A stretch of 64,000 bases of DNA, taken from positions 248,001 to 312,000 of the forward strand of contig NEEC01000016.1 in assembly GCA_002189035.1 (NCBI GenBank), read 5' to 3'. Below, one piece after another: positions 24,901 to 37,283 of the stretch. A program made the position numbers and the translations under genes. The stretch is from Utricularia gibba. Lineage: Eukaryota > Plantae > Magnoliophyta. Within the stretch, counting starts at the first letter, position 1; every line of letters begins with the position of its first letter. Below the pieces are notes generated by a model. The model had not been told where the DNA came from. It worked only from the letters and a program-made list of their open reading frames with translations, and did no database searches.

Positions 24901-27900
24901 GATGCTCGATTGCACAAACTAGTTTGAACAAAAAAATCCATAATGATGATACAGATCACAATTCATTTACCTCGGCCTCAATTTCATCATAGAGGAATCG
25001 TTGTTTGAGGATCACCAGAGCATTTTGAGCAGCATCATTGTAGATTTCAAATGGCATTAGCACACTTTCTAAAAGACCTCCATCTTGAGACTCTAGAACG
25101 TGATTGATCAACATCCATGGAAGCGAGCATTCAATAGGAAACTAGTTGAGAAATTGAAAAAAAAAAAAGATGGCGTGTGATTTTAAATGGGAAAAGGCAC
25201 GAGCTTCAACTAAAAGAGATACAAAAAAAAAAAAAAAATGATGGGAGTAAAAAAGCACTTTCATTTTCAGAAGATAGATTTTGACAATCATAAATGCAGA
25301 TTAACTTGCTCACACGCAGAAAACTCAAGTGCTATAGCTTCCCCTTACCTGAATAACACGAGAAGACTCCAAATAAAATTCCCGAAACCAGAGGAAACCA
25401 ATATCTGTCAGATTTGTTATGGTTGCTGCAATATGATAATTTTCTCAGTGAAAATTATGAATATACAAATGTGAAAAAAAGAAAAGAAATTGCAGTTTCT
25501 TCAACCTTAAATTGCAAAACTTAAAAAAGAAATGGAAACCTTGAAATATCATCTAATGAACAAAATGGTTCCCCAATATTTTCACATAAAATACTGCCTG
25601 CGAATTGGCTAGAAACTAAAGCAACACATCTGTGAATCTAGTTCACAAACCTGAATAGTCTAATATGTGCAAAAAGAAGCCAAGCTTGTAGAAGAAGGTT
25701 TCCAGATGTTTTAAATCACTGGCTGGAATTTCAGAACCTGTACTGCTGAAAAGACCACCTGGCTTCCTCAGGTTGCCACCAGAAACAACTTCGTATATCA
25801 GGAACTGTAAACAATGTACCTGGTGTTGGGCATTTAAGAAACCAAGATAAAATAAGTACAGGATGTCTAATATTCAAATATATGGACATAAGGAAAAGGC
25901 TAGACCTGTGCAGTTGTAGGTGCTACTGGCCTCGGATAAAATAAGTTTGTTTTATTTTCTTCACCTCCTTGCTGCAAAGCTTGCATTTCAGACTCAGTTT
26001 TGCTATTCGCCATCCAGTCAGCTGAAAGGGTACACATATCAGACAGAATCCTGCAAGAAACTTCCCCAATGAGCCAACTGAAAACTAAAGCTTCAAAATT
26101 GCCACCTCATTTTTATCTACGACTAGAAATCACAGGAAAATAACAGAAACTTCTGCTATCAACTGATTGACAGAGTCCAGGTCTGCTCAGGAGTAAGTGG
26201 CGGCATCCTCTGAGAATCACATGGTGTATGTGGAAAAAACACTCTGACCTTGAAATATCTCTCTTCTTCTTAAATGTGGTCTGCTTCATATTAACCAGCG
26301 TATTTTGCACAAAATCCTGGACTTCTGAATGAAGGGTTTCCCATAAGGAATCTGCCACCAATGTATCAGACTTTTGCATCAAAGACCCGATTCCCTTGAT
26401 GTAGCTCACAAGTTCAACCAGCGCTTTTCTTTCATCAGCATTGTAATTGTACCTTACAACCTGAATTATAAAGAAACAGCATTGGTTTATGGATGCAATT
26501 TCCTCGTAAAAATCACAGCATAAAAATACGGAATAAGCACCCTCTCATAGTCAGACGGAGAAGCTGCTGCCTCAGACAGATCCACAGCATCAGGATCCTT
26601 ACACGGCCGTGAAAACTTCCACGCTGACTGGTTCCATATACGAGCAGTCCATCTGCTTAAGAGTTGAAAACCTTCAACAACCATATCATAAACATTTCCT
26701 TTAACTTCCCTTGACCATTCCATATCTGTGCCATCCAGTGACCTCAATAAGGCAAGCTGCAGATCAACATGCAGCAACATTCACCAGGTCTATCACAGGT
26801 TTAATAATAAAAAATTGAAAATGAAATGACTCTGAATTCAGTTAATAGCGTGAACTCACACCTGATTCAAAGCAGATGCGAATCGAAGAGTAAAATCATC
26901 ATGCTCTGCACGAATTGTTCCAATGTTGTGGACTACAGAAAATTCCCGCTGATATGTAAACCTAGTCAAGTTAGCAACTATGTGCTGAGATGTCGGATAT
27001 ACTCAGAAATTTTATGAATATTCAAGATAGATAAATAAATTTAGAGTATGCTATATAGCACTGATAGAAAAAATTTGTGCAGACGAATAAAGCTTCAAGG
27101 ATATTCTTGTGCTTCTCGAAGTGGTAACTCATGAGGTGAAGGAAGGGTAAGAAGTCTATTTTGAGTCGAAAATCTTGGAAAGAATGTTGCCAACTCTTTC
27201 AACATTGATGCAGGAGAAAGATGAAGATCTGGAAATGATGGGATGACTGGTTCTTTCTGCACAAACAAATACTGGTCACTTTGCCTCAATTCATGTATAC
27301 CACATCAACAGGCAATGAGTTAGAGGGTTCAATCCAAATGCATGAGGCATTGTGTAATCCCATAAAGCGGACTAATTTACCTTAAATATGCCAATCAGTT
27401 TGTTGAGTTTGACCCTCTTATACAGGGATTCACTATCTTTCTCAGATGAAGCTGCCAAGACAACAAGAACAGGCAAAACACGAAGAAGTATGTGGCGCTC
27501 TGGAAAGAGGAGGGCAAAATTTAACTCCAGTGACTCCACTGCAAAGACGATGAGAACTTGGAGGATGTCGTCAACACTAGAGTAGCTAAGGACCACTAAA
27601 ATAAGTAACTGTAAATGAGTACGAAATAAAAGACTCCATATTAAATACAGCTCAAGAAGGATACTTGTTCACACGGAACATCTCAACATGCAAGTTCAGT
27701 AAGATTGCCCACCTTGTGCTAAGGAAAATCTGTCCATGAGACATACTACGTCAAATGACATGAAAATTAACTACTATTGGTTTTCAGATGTGGGAAATAA
27801 GTTCTGTCGTGAAACATTTATTTGCTTAAGAAAAATGCCAGATTAACCTGCAAATCATCTAATTCTTCTCTGAGTGTATCAGAATCTTGCCACTGCATGC

Positions 27901-29940
27901 TGACTTGGGTGAATGTCCTGATTATTTATCAATACTAACTCATCAGCACCTTGAGTTGAATCGCATATTAACAGACAGCAAAAACGAAGCCAACAATTCA
28001 AAGACCACAAAAACAGCTCAGTAACCATAAGATTGATGAACGCTCCGCTAGATTCCTATAGAAGTACCTTTTGTACCAAGAGAAATCATTAGGGATGCTA
28101 GCTTTTCCATTTTTTAGGTGATCCAGTTGAACTAACACGTCTAGTAACTTCAACATGGACCTGCAAGAAGAATAATATTAGAAAGCATTCATAAATACAT
28201 GAAAGAAATGTCGAATGAAACAATAACTGGATAAAAGCATGTTAGCTGATACATAGAATGAACTGCCACATTCAAAATCATCCATTGATAAAAGCATCAA
28301 TATCCTGATAAAAACAAAACCAATAACGAATGCAGCCATCAACCGACCAAAGATGTGTCACAGTAGGCCCATTTAATCGCCTCTCAGGCCTGGAAAAACG
28401 TTGCATGTCAGCTGCGAGCTGCATCAACAAAAAATATCTTCAGCTCCTGAAAAGACCCCGAAAAGGCCCCTTACAAGGAATGTGACTTTTAATGAAAAAC
28501 AGACAGTATTAGAATCGGACTTTTGAAGCTGCAGAAGCTTGCCAGTGCTTAATTTCACGCAAACGGCCCATTTCCAGGTCTAACACTTGGTAGGTTTCAA
28601 GATACAGGTCTGCCTGGCTATGTTTCATAGAATCTGGAAGCTGAGAAAAGAATTATCGCGTCATAAGCATAGAAACCATATAATTCAGGTATTTTCTCTT
28701 TTCATTCACAGGTTTTGCATCCGTGACTGAGATCATTATGTATCAAACTAGAACTTGACTGCATTATCCTCTAGCAGCGGAGCTATTACATTATGGACAC
28801 TATCTCTCAGAATGTTCAGAGAAAGATACTATAATGGGCATGCATCACTCAAAAAGGAAGTACTCAAGAGCACAAAAAGATAAAAGCATAAAGATCAAGG
28901 GGAATGCACCTGAGGAAGTGCCTTCACACAACTCCGATAGGTATAGAGCACTGAACACATCTCCTTACCCTCACGTGCTAGATAGTTCTGGAGAAAATGA
29001 AAGTTATTGCTAGCTCAGAATATGCATTGAATACCAGATGCCACATCAAAGCTAAAATGGACACAAAAGCTAAAATCCAACCCATTATAAATCAAACCAG
29101 CCCATTCAATAAAAAACATTAGTGTTTTGTGTGATACCATCTAAAAGGATATGAATCATACCAGCTGATTTATAGCTTTTGTGTCCTCTGATAATGATAA
29201 TCGATAGGCAGAAACATCGCTATATTCTGTGGAAGAGAGATTATCATGAGATCACTTCGATGATGTCCACAATAAACACATAATTTGCAACAAAACTCAA
29301 CCATCTTTCAAGGTAAACTATCCGACCCTCAAAACTCAAAGTATATGAGAGAACTAATACAGTCTCAATTACCTTGTTTTCAAAATATATATTGCCAATG
29401 TATGCCCCAAGATCAATACATATATCTAGCCAAGGTTTGAAAATCTACACTTATTTTCTGCATAGAGTAACGGTACAATAAAAATGTAAGTCCCCCGCCC
29501 CCCCCGCCCCCCATTGACAATCCATATCACGGGAGAAGAAGCTTATGTCTGACCTATGTGAGAAAATAAACTACCCTCTACCCAGTCACCCAAATAGGCC
29601 CAGAGAAGAAAGAAGTGAAGATGAGAGTACAATCACAATCTTTTCAGTCTCCGCTTATGTCACAGAACATGAGAAAATCAATAAACAACAAAAATTTTAA
29701 CATCCCAGAGACGAAGAACCAACCAATGGGACTAACAGTAGCCCCTCTTTCACTCGTTACGCAAAATCCCGCTCCTTGAATTTCTAGCTGATCATCCTGA
29801 AACAAAGTGATCAAATGCAATTGGTAAAAGCCTCACCCAACGGTGTAACAGATCGAGTACAACTCAAGAAGAGCAAGCAGAATTACTTCCAACGAAAATG
29901 TAGAGAGAGCAGCTATCGCTTCCTCCACGGGAACAGCCAT
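21953..29940 (-). CDS. PIR: Protein PIR / SRA1 (CYFIP homolog, SCAR/WAVE complex); two U12-type introns; apparent 1-bp frameshift near 22376
   Basis: About 30 exons traced from [18 protein letters not shown] through [51 protein letters not shown]-like, to [16 protein letters not shown]. Confidence 0.96.
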
Positions 29941-30476
29941 AACAACGCAATGCAAAAGCACACTCCACCGAGTGCGTGAGAGCTCGATAGATCCGTCTCG
30001 AACGGTCCAACAGACGACGACAAAATGTTCCCGTTTCAAGCTTTCCTCGGATCCAGGAATCGGCAATCGACACCTGGCGGTGAGCAGTCAATATACCATT
30101 GACAGTGGTCCAACTATTATTTATAATTATTTGTATATATATATGATAAGATTATTTAATCAATATAAATAATTTAACACCTAAATTTTAAAATTAAAAA
30201 AAAGCACCTCAAATTAATAAAATCCTACAAACGAACACTCAAATAATTTTCAAAATTTTTAAAAAATAAATCAAATATGAAAAGTTAAATGTATAATAAA
30301 ACCTCAAATACTTATTAAAACCATATAATGAACTCAAATATGAGAGATTAAATATACTATTTCATAAATTCAATGCAAACTATTTACAAAGAAAACAAAT
30401 TAAGTGACTTATAATATAATTTTAAAATTTACAGATTAAGTTTTTTATATTGACTGTAATTTAAAATATCAAAATC

Positions 30477-30498
30477 TATATATATATATATATATATA
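30477..30498. repeat. (TA)11 microsatellite
   Basis: Seen directly in the AT-rich spacer between CSC1 and PIR. Confidence 0.9.
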
Positions 30499-30689
30499 TT
30501 GTATATAAATCTTATTAATATTTATTATAATGATTTATGTATGTTTTCATGCTTAACTGGAAAAAAGTTTTCAAGAACAAGTATCACGCTAAGACAGAGA
30601 GACTTGAAGGCAAGAAGAGGAGACTGTATAACATGTAAACTCATACAAGAGGATCTTCTGATCGAAGCCATTCTTCAGGAACCATCATC

Positions 30690-33600
30690 TCAACGCAGAA
30701 GAGGAGACTGCAAGCTTCCACTGGATTCAGAGTATCTCAATGGCTTTGTAGAAGGATCATCATATGCAGTAGCAAGTTTTTCGAAGAAGGAAGAGATTTC
30801 AGGATCCGCATGGTCGAGTCTATCCTTGTTTATCAAGCACTGAAACATGTACAGCAGAGCACAAAAACTTTGAGCTTCTCTGGATGCAGCAGGAGATGGA
30901 GAAATGTGGATTTACCTCAGCAGGATAGCCTTTGAAACATGTGAGAAATCTCCTTCTGCAGTAGCTGTTGAATATGATTGTGAGGATGGGGAGAGGAATG
31001 ATCAGGCTGGAGGCCAGGGGGAGCTTCTTCAAGCCGAAAATGCCAATAGCAATAACATGCATCAAGATCAATGAGAATATTGTTGCATCATGCACGATTG
31101 GCCAGAGTTTTCCACCGGTTTCGAACTTGGGAGCATAGACATTTAGCAACTGAAGCATAAGAAAAGCTTTAAAGAACTGTGACATTCTCAGGGAACAAGG
31201 AAGATGATGTAACACTTGGCTGACCTGGTTACGGTAGATGATGTATCCTGAGCAGAAATAGAGCAAAATGAACGGCAAGATAAGGGGTGCGAGGAAGAAG
31301 TAAGTAATGCCGAGGAGGATGAAGAAAACAATGTTTGGGATTTCTTTGTGATAGGGATTTGAAGGGGCCTCTAGCTCTTCATCTGATGCGCAGCAACATA
31401 GGCATCTTTTCAAGTAACTCCAGGTGAAATATTTTACCCGAAAGAGTTCTGAAGAAAATGTTCTAGTCCATCCTGATGTTACAACATAGGCGATGAAGAA
31501 AGAAGCCTGAGCAAAGAATATCATCATATCATTCTCCAAAAATTTACTAGCAATCAAAGGGCTATAGTATTTAGTCCCCAGAACACAGAATGGAATACCT
31601 GTGCAGGAACAGCAATTGCCAATAATTCAGGAATGCGTTTTGGCTCAAGGAAGACATCCACCCGGTAAAGCACCGACCCAGAGAACACATTTGCAAAGAA
31701 GACATTCCATATTGTAAACCACAACATCTTAATACCCGCACTTTTCTCAATCTGACTAAGGGCAATGTAGCCTTGTATTGAAGAGAGCACAACCATCACA
31801 GGCGGCACCATAGACAAGAACATCTGAAGGATGACATTTGGAAGATATCCAGTAATTACTTGGCTGACAATTTTTCTGCATGTCATGTGAAGCATGTATT
31901 CAGAAAGAGCCTTGGATATTGTAACCACCAATAGATGCCATGGAAAATTGAAAATGGATTAATTTTCATGTTGTCTATATGGTAAAAAGAAGGGTTGCTA
32001 ACAAGGAAAAATAACTTACAATCTTAATATGCCTGTTAAGAATGGAAGCCATGTTTCTAACTGCTCCAAATGGGTGAGACCTTGGACAATGATAACGGGT
32101 AAAAGGAACAACACAGTAATGATGATGCATGAAAATATGACAGCAATTGTGCATATCCACCGTTTAAAAAATGAAGCTGAAAAGAAAGGCCAATAGACAT
32201 CATGGGGATGAGGAGCGAGTTCTGTGAGCCATTCTGTCGGTTTAACACCCTGTTGAATGTTTGATGCTATTGCAGCACTAAACCGAGACTTAAAAGAGAC
32301 AAATGCGGCTGGAACTTCCTAGTATGGTCATGAAATAAAAGATATCAGATAACAGGGAGTATTTTGCTTCAAGAATAGAATACTTGGAGACAAAAAAATT
32401 ACCTTGCCGGCCAAAGAAGATCTTTCTGCCCTAACATTACCTTCAATATCTTCAAGTTTCTTCTCGTAGTGGTTCACAAGATTTACTTTTCGTCCAAAAA
32501 TGCCTAAAAAACCAGGTCGCTTGAGTCTTTGAGAGGGATGCTTCTTTGATTTCACATGAGAAAGTTTTTTATACATATGGCTTGCTTCACTCTTGGAAGA
32601 ATATTGAAAATGAATTAGAAAACAGGCAAAAATTAGAATAAAAAAGAAAAGGCAGCAGCAACACCACGAAGTTCGTTGAACTACTAGCCTTGGCTTTCTA
32701 ATGCACTAAAATGCTTTCATTTCAACATGGTACTTACAACGAGCTCCTTGAGTTTGCTTGTCCTGCGAACGATGCTATGAGAAAGATAAGTAGATGGGTA
32801 ATATTGGCTGAAAAACCCCTCAACATTCTCACTGAGGCTTCTCCCAGAAACAGCAGGAATACTTCGAACTAAAACTGTGAAATGATTTGGCTGTGGCTTT
32901 GAAGAATAGAAACATGCAACTCGTTTTGATGCAATATAATCATATTCCTGTACAAATATAGCAACTACACGTTATTGCTTTTATATCAAGAGTTGTGCAA
33001 AATAAAAAAATACTTACAAAGTAAAGGAGATAGCATACAACAGCAGTGAAAATGTACACCGCGGAGAAATGTATCCACAACCTTTGAGAAATTTAAATGG
33101 AATATTAGCTTCAGATTCACATGAAAAAGCTAAGTCAGTCCCTTAAACATAAGCAACACAAATCATCTAATTTTCCTTTTTGTTCACTATACTTCTTTAA
33201 CATGTAAACATACCTGCTTGATCCATCATCAACATTTGAAATCGTGAATGTTTCCAGTGATTTGTTTGGTAAATCTTGAAGGTCAACATTTAGTTGATTC
33301 CCCAAGTAATTGAAAGGAAGCAGAATGAAAATTCCAATAACCCCTGCAAATCTAAACACCCTCAGCCTGCAGAAAAAGGTAGACAAAAAATGTTAAGTTC
33401 TACTTCTGTAACACAAACAAATGAATTCCATACTTGCTGCATTCATAAACCAAAATGTTGGCAGAGCTTCTTACCCAAAAACAAAAATGCGCATGAACAC
33501 AACAGCATCCAATCCGGAATTCGAAAGCAACTCGTCTTCCGTAAGCCGCCACGCTTCTTTGACCCATTTCAAGGAAGAACAAAACCCCTTAACCCCAGAT

Positions 33601-33755
33601 AAACGTTCCCCTTGTGGCTTTCCTTCAACTACCAAGCGTGGCGTGTAGAGATGAGCGTTCCCTCTCCGGTTCCTCAGTACAGTATAGGCAATGAAGAAAA
33701 ATAAACAGAGGACGACGTTTATTGATACTGATGCTAAAAGAGCGGACAGAATCAT
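30690..33755 (-). CDS. CSC1/OSCA/ERD4-family calcium-permeable stress-gated channel (HYP1-like)
   Basis: 10 exons. [17 protein letters not shown]..., [87 protein letters not shown]; stop after SPLLR. Confidence 0.93.
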
Positions 33756-34491
33756 TCTTTAATTCCGTTTGATCAGACTATTCACTTTTCCAAATACAGA
33801 ATCCCAGAAAGAAGTAGCTTCAAGCAAATAGAGATGAAAACAGAGCTTGTAAGCTGGAATCAGCTAGCTGATGACCAAAGTGAGCACCGAACAAGGAGCA
33901 AATGATTTGGGGCTTGGTGTTTTACCTTTTTGACTTTCAGAGACTCGGGAAGACCGCTTCGCCAGGTGACACTTTAACTTGGTGTTTTGGATAAATGCCG
34001 GGCTTTGGGAGGGCGATGTTTTTGGATTAAACCAACGATTTGACTCCTTGCGCTGCAGTTGTCTCCTCAGTATATACGCGAACACCAAATTGATGCTGGA
34101 AGCGGAAACTGCATAACAGCAATATGGATATCAGGTGTTTTTTGAGCTTTTGGGGTTTTTTGCTTTTTTCATTCCCACCCTGATTTCTATCCTTAACACG
34201 GAACAATTTGTGAACTTGTGTTCTAATTATGCAATATTTGAAAGTTTCTGATGACATGGTCTTCTGCCTGCACGTGGGTATCTTCATTTTCAGTTTTTAG
34301 GGAGTCATTCGAAGCCGGGGAGGAGAAAATCGATGGACTGAAGTTCATGCAATGCAATTGGGCTTGGTGATGAGATGCCTGAATTTATTACCAGTATTTA
34401 TGATGCTCAGATGTTGTATCATACATCCGAAATCAAAATTACAGGATCTTCTTGGCAAAGATTCTCTCTTGATGCAGAACAAATCATCAAT

Positions 34492-34989
34492 CTAGGCGAA
34501 TCTAGCAACATATGGGCTACTGAGTTGAATGTCAGTAAGCGCCTGCTGAAACTCTGAAGCTTCTTCTTTGAGTTGTGCATTCTCTTGTAGCACTTGTTCA
34601 TGATTCTCCGAGAGACGATTCAGCTCATCTCGGAGTTGTTGATTCTCAATTCTGAGGCAGACAACCATTGACCAGAGCTGATCCATGTGCCTTTGTTTCC
34701 GCATTCGTGATCTTCTTGCAGACTCCCGGTTCGAAATCATTCTTCTCCGCTTCCGCTCATTGATGATGCTCTGTTGCTGCTCGTCTGCTTCATCGGATGT
34801 TGAATTAGTGCTGACAGATGTTGTTTTGAGACAAACTTCCTGGAGTTGGGGTTCACCTTGGAGTTGGAATAATTTGCTTTGGCAACCATTCAAATTGTAT
34901 GATGGCACAATGTTAGTAGCAAAGCTAACGCAGTCAAGAAACTGCACATTGGTAGAAGAAAATAGATGGTGTTCCGAAATCTCTGTCAT
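34492..34989 (-). CDS. Group S bZIP transcription factor (bZIP42/43-like), intronless
   Basis: 165-aa ORF with basic region ERKRRRMISNRESARRSRMRKQ and a leucine zipper, preceded by the SNSTSDEADEQQ-type motif of this subgroup. Confidence 0.9.
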   Translation of the reverse strand: MTEISEHHLFSSTNVQFLDCVSFATNIVPSYNLNGCQSKLFQLQGEPQLQEVCLKTTSVSTNSTSDEADEQQQSIINERKRRRMISNRESARRSRMRKQRHMDQLWSMVVCLRIENQQLRDELNRLSENHEQVLQENAQLKEEASEFQQALTDIQLSSPYVARFA

Positions 34990-37064
34990 TGTTTCCGGGA
35001 TAAATTGCAGAATGGCGCATCAAGGGGATAGTTGATAGTGAGGGGAAGCTGGCGGAAGGGGTGAATTTATAGATTGGAAAATGGTCCAGGTGATGGCATT
35101 TGAACGCGATGGAGCTCATCAAAACCGCAATAGGAGTCCACTTTCACGGTTAACCAAATCATTTTGTGTTTCTATGATTACATCATCTTTGCTGACGCTA
35201 CATGATTTGACATACATATATGTAAATGCATATTTTAATCCGCATGGAACCTTTCTGAACTTGAAGGGCGTGGAAAATATGATAGATGTATATACCATTC
35301 GATGATTGATCATGTGATTGCATATATCTCATGTCAGTGCAAGAGTTCCTATTATATATTGGTGGGTATGAAAATGTTACTCTATGCAATCATAGATCCC
35401 AGGAATTTCATGAAAAGATTTGGCCTTGGATAAAACAAACAAGGGGAGAAAAAGTTTATCATCTCAAGTGGGATCCTAATTATTAGCCAAGTAGTATTCT
35501 TCCATGCGTTTGCTTGCAGGTAACCAGATTCAGTGGCGTAAATGAGTGAGAGACATCCAGTGGAGCTTTTCTAAAGGTAGAAAACTTGCGTGAAAGGAAT
35601 TAATTGAACTTCGTCTTTTGATCTCATACTCAACGTTGGGACTAAAAAGCACTCCCCTGAAACGCATTTTCTGTTGGACGGTCACATGCTTTGGAAGAAG
35701 AAATGTTTTGGACGGATCATTGTTGAAAATAGCAGGTTTATTCTTTTGTCTTTTACATACTTTTTTCATGTCATTTCATGTCGTCGTTTTGCTAATCGGA
35801 TGAGTACAAAGTTAGTGATATACACTTTTCCTCCACTTTATTTCAGTTTTCTATTTTTTTCACTGGCGAGCCTTCCACTTATGACTCCTAAGCAATAAAA
35901 TAGGCGTCAGTATGTCAGCATATTTTTTTTCCTGCTCACCTTTAACTGCACAAATCCAAGATTCTGAGGCCCTTAAGAAACTCTTGCATAGTTTGTGGTG
36001 GAAAAGTTGCACTTTGTTGAGAGGGAAGGTTATTTACATATCAAAGAAGATTAAGTTGCTAAACAGGCAACTCTGAACGGGTCAAATCGGGTTCCACTTG
36101 AGGTTGCGTGTTAGAATATATATTCCAGATTAGAAACTCCTAGTACAATACTCTGGTTTGTAAGGAGATGTGAGTCAGTAGTAAATGTTATTATCTTGAC
36201 TTTAACTAGATCATCTACTCCTGTTGTGGACTTGGTTTTTGTTTTTCAGTCTGATAACTTATCTAATAGTCATTGGCCATGAAAGTACATTGTCTTTTAA
36301 GTAGTGTATTGGTGCTTTTCAGAGTAGCTACAAATTTAAGGCGCTTTAGCATGGTTGAAAGCAGTCTCGATTTATTAATCTCTACACTTTCATAGTCTGC
36401 CTGTCGCTTCATTTGCTTTCCTTTCCCTTCCTTTGCTTTTTTTTCCCTGTAAAGGTGCATTATCTCTTAGTGCATTTGGGTGCCCATAATTGAAATTGTC
36501 GCATTTGGAGTTTCACTGGTACTTATTTTCAGTGATAGTGGATAAAGCACCATTACAATACATGATCATAGTATTGTTTTATGCAGGATATTGAGCTGAT
36601 TTTAGATTCTGGGTGTAATCTTAATTCATGTTTCATGTACATTAATCTCACTATAATACCAATGATCGATTGCATCCCTGCACAGAGCAAAAGCCATGCC
36701 TTTTCTCGCTGGAAAAAGCTACCCAGAATTGGTATCAATTATGAGATAATCAGGTGTATTCCCTCAGCCTCTTTTTGTTCATTCTCTTATCTCTGCAACA
36801 GTATCAAAGAAACAAAAGGGGAGCAAGAAGCATGGTGAGCGCTGGAAGTGATGAAACACACTCGAGGTACAGTTTATCAGGTTGCATATCTTGCTCTGTC
36901 TTCAAATTCATGCTTTTATGCCGTAGCATCCATCCTACTGCATCTGCTACGCATGACCAGGAGCTCCTTTGGCATCCTTTATTGCACCTCGTAGATTGAT
37001 TCCATTCATAGAATGCAGTAGATTAACAAACTGAACGCACTAAGTACTTGATATGAGGTTATAA

Positions 37065-37283
37065 GGTTGGTTTAGATAGGTTTAATAAAATTGTATTGTT
37101 TGATATGTGAGTATAATTATACTTTATATATAAGTATAATAATCATTATATCCATATAATATATTCATATATGGGGTATACGTATAAGGGGGTATGATTA
37201 TTTTTATAACTACATATTTGGGTTTAGCTAAATTCAAATAATCTAAATCCATTAATACCTAAAACACATCAACCAAACAAGGC
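37065..37283. mobile_element. Possible degenerate Tourist/PIF-Harbinger-like MITE
   Basis: About 220-bp AT-rich block. The left end TAA|GGTTGGTTTAGAT and the right end AACCAAACAAGGC resemble GGCCTTGTTT-type TIRs. The two ends match each other only partially and the TSD is imperfect. Confidence 0.3.

Noticed and set aside
36917-36955. Small hairpin CGTAGCA...TGCTACG
   Set aside because: The stem is only 7-10 bp, far too short for a miRNA precursor.
36964-36974. 11-nt match to the miR399 5' end (CTCCTTTGGCA)
   Set aside because: The rest does not pair, there is no precursor hairpin or IPS1-type mimic bulge, and one 11-mer hit among dozens of miRNA families is expected by chance in 64 kb.
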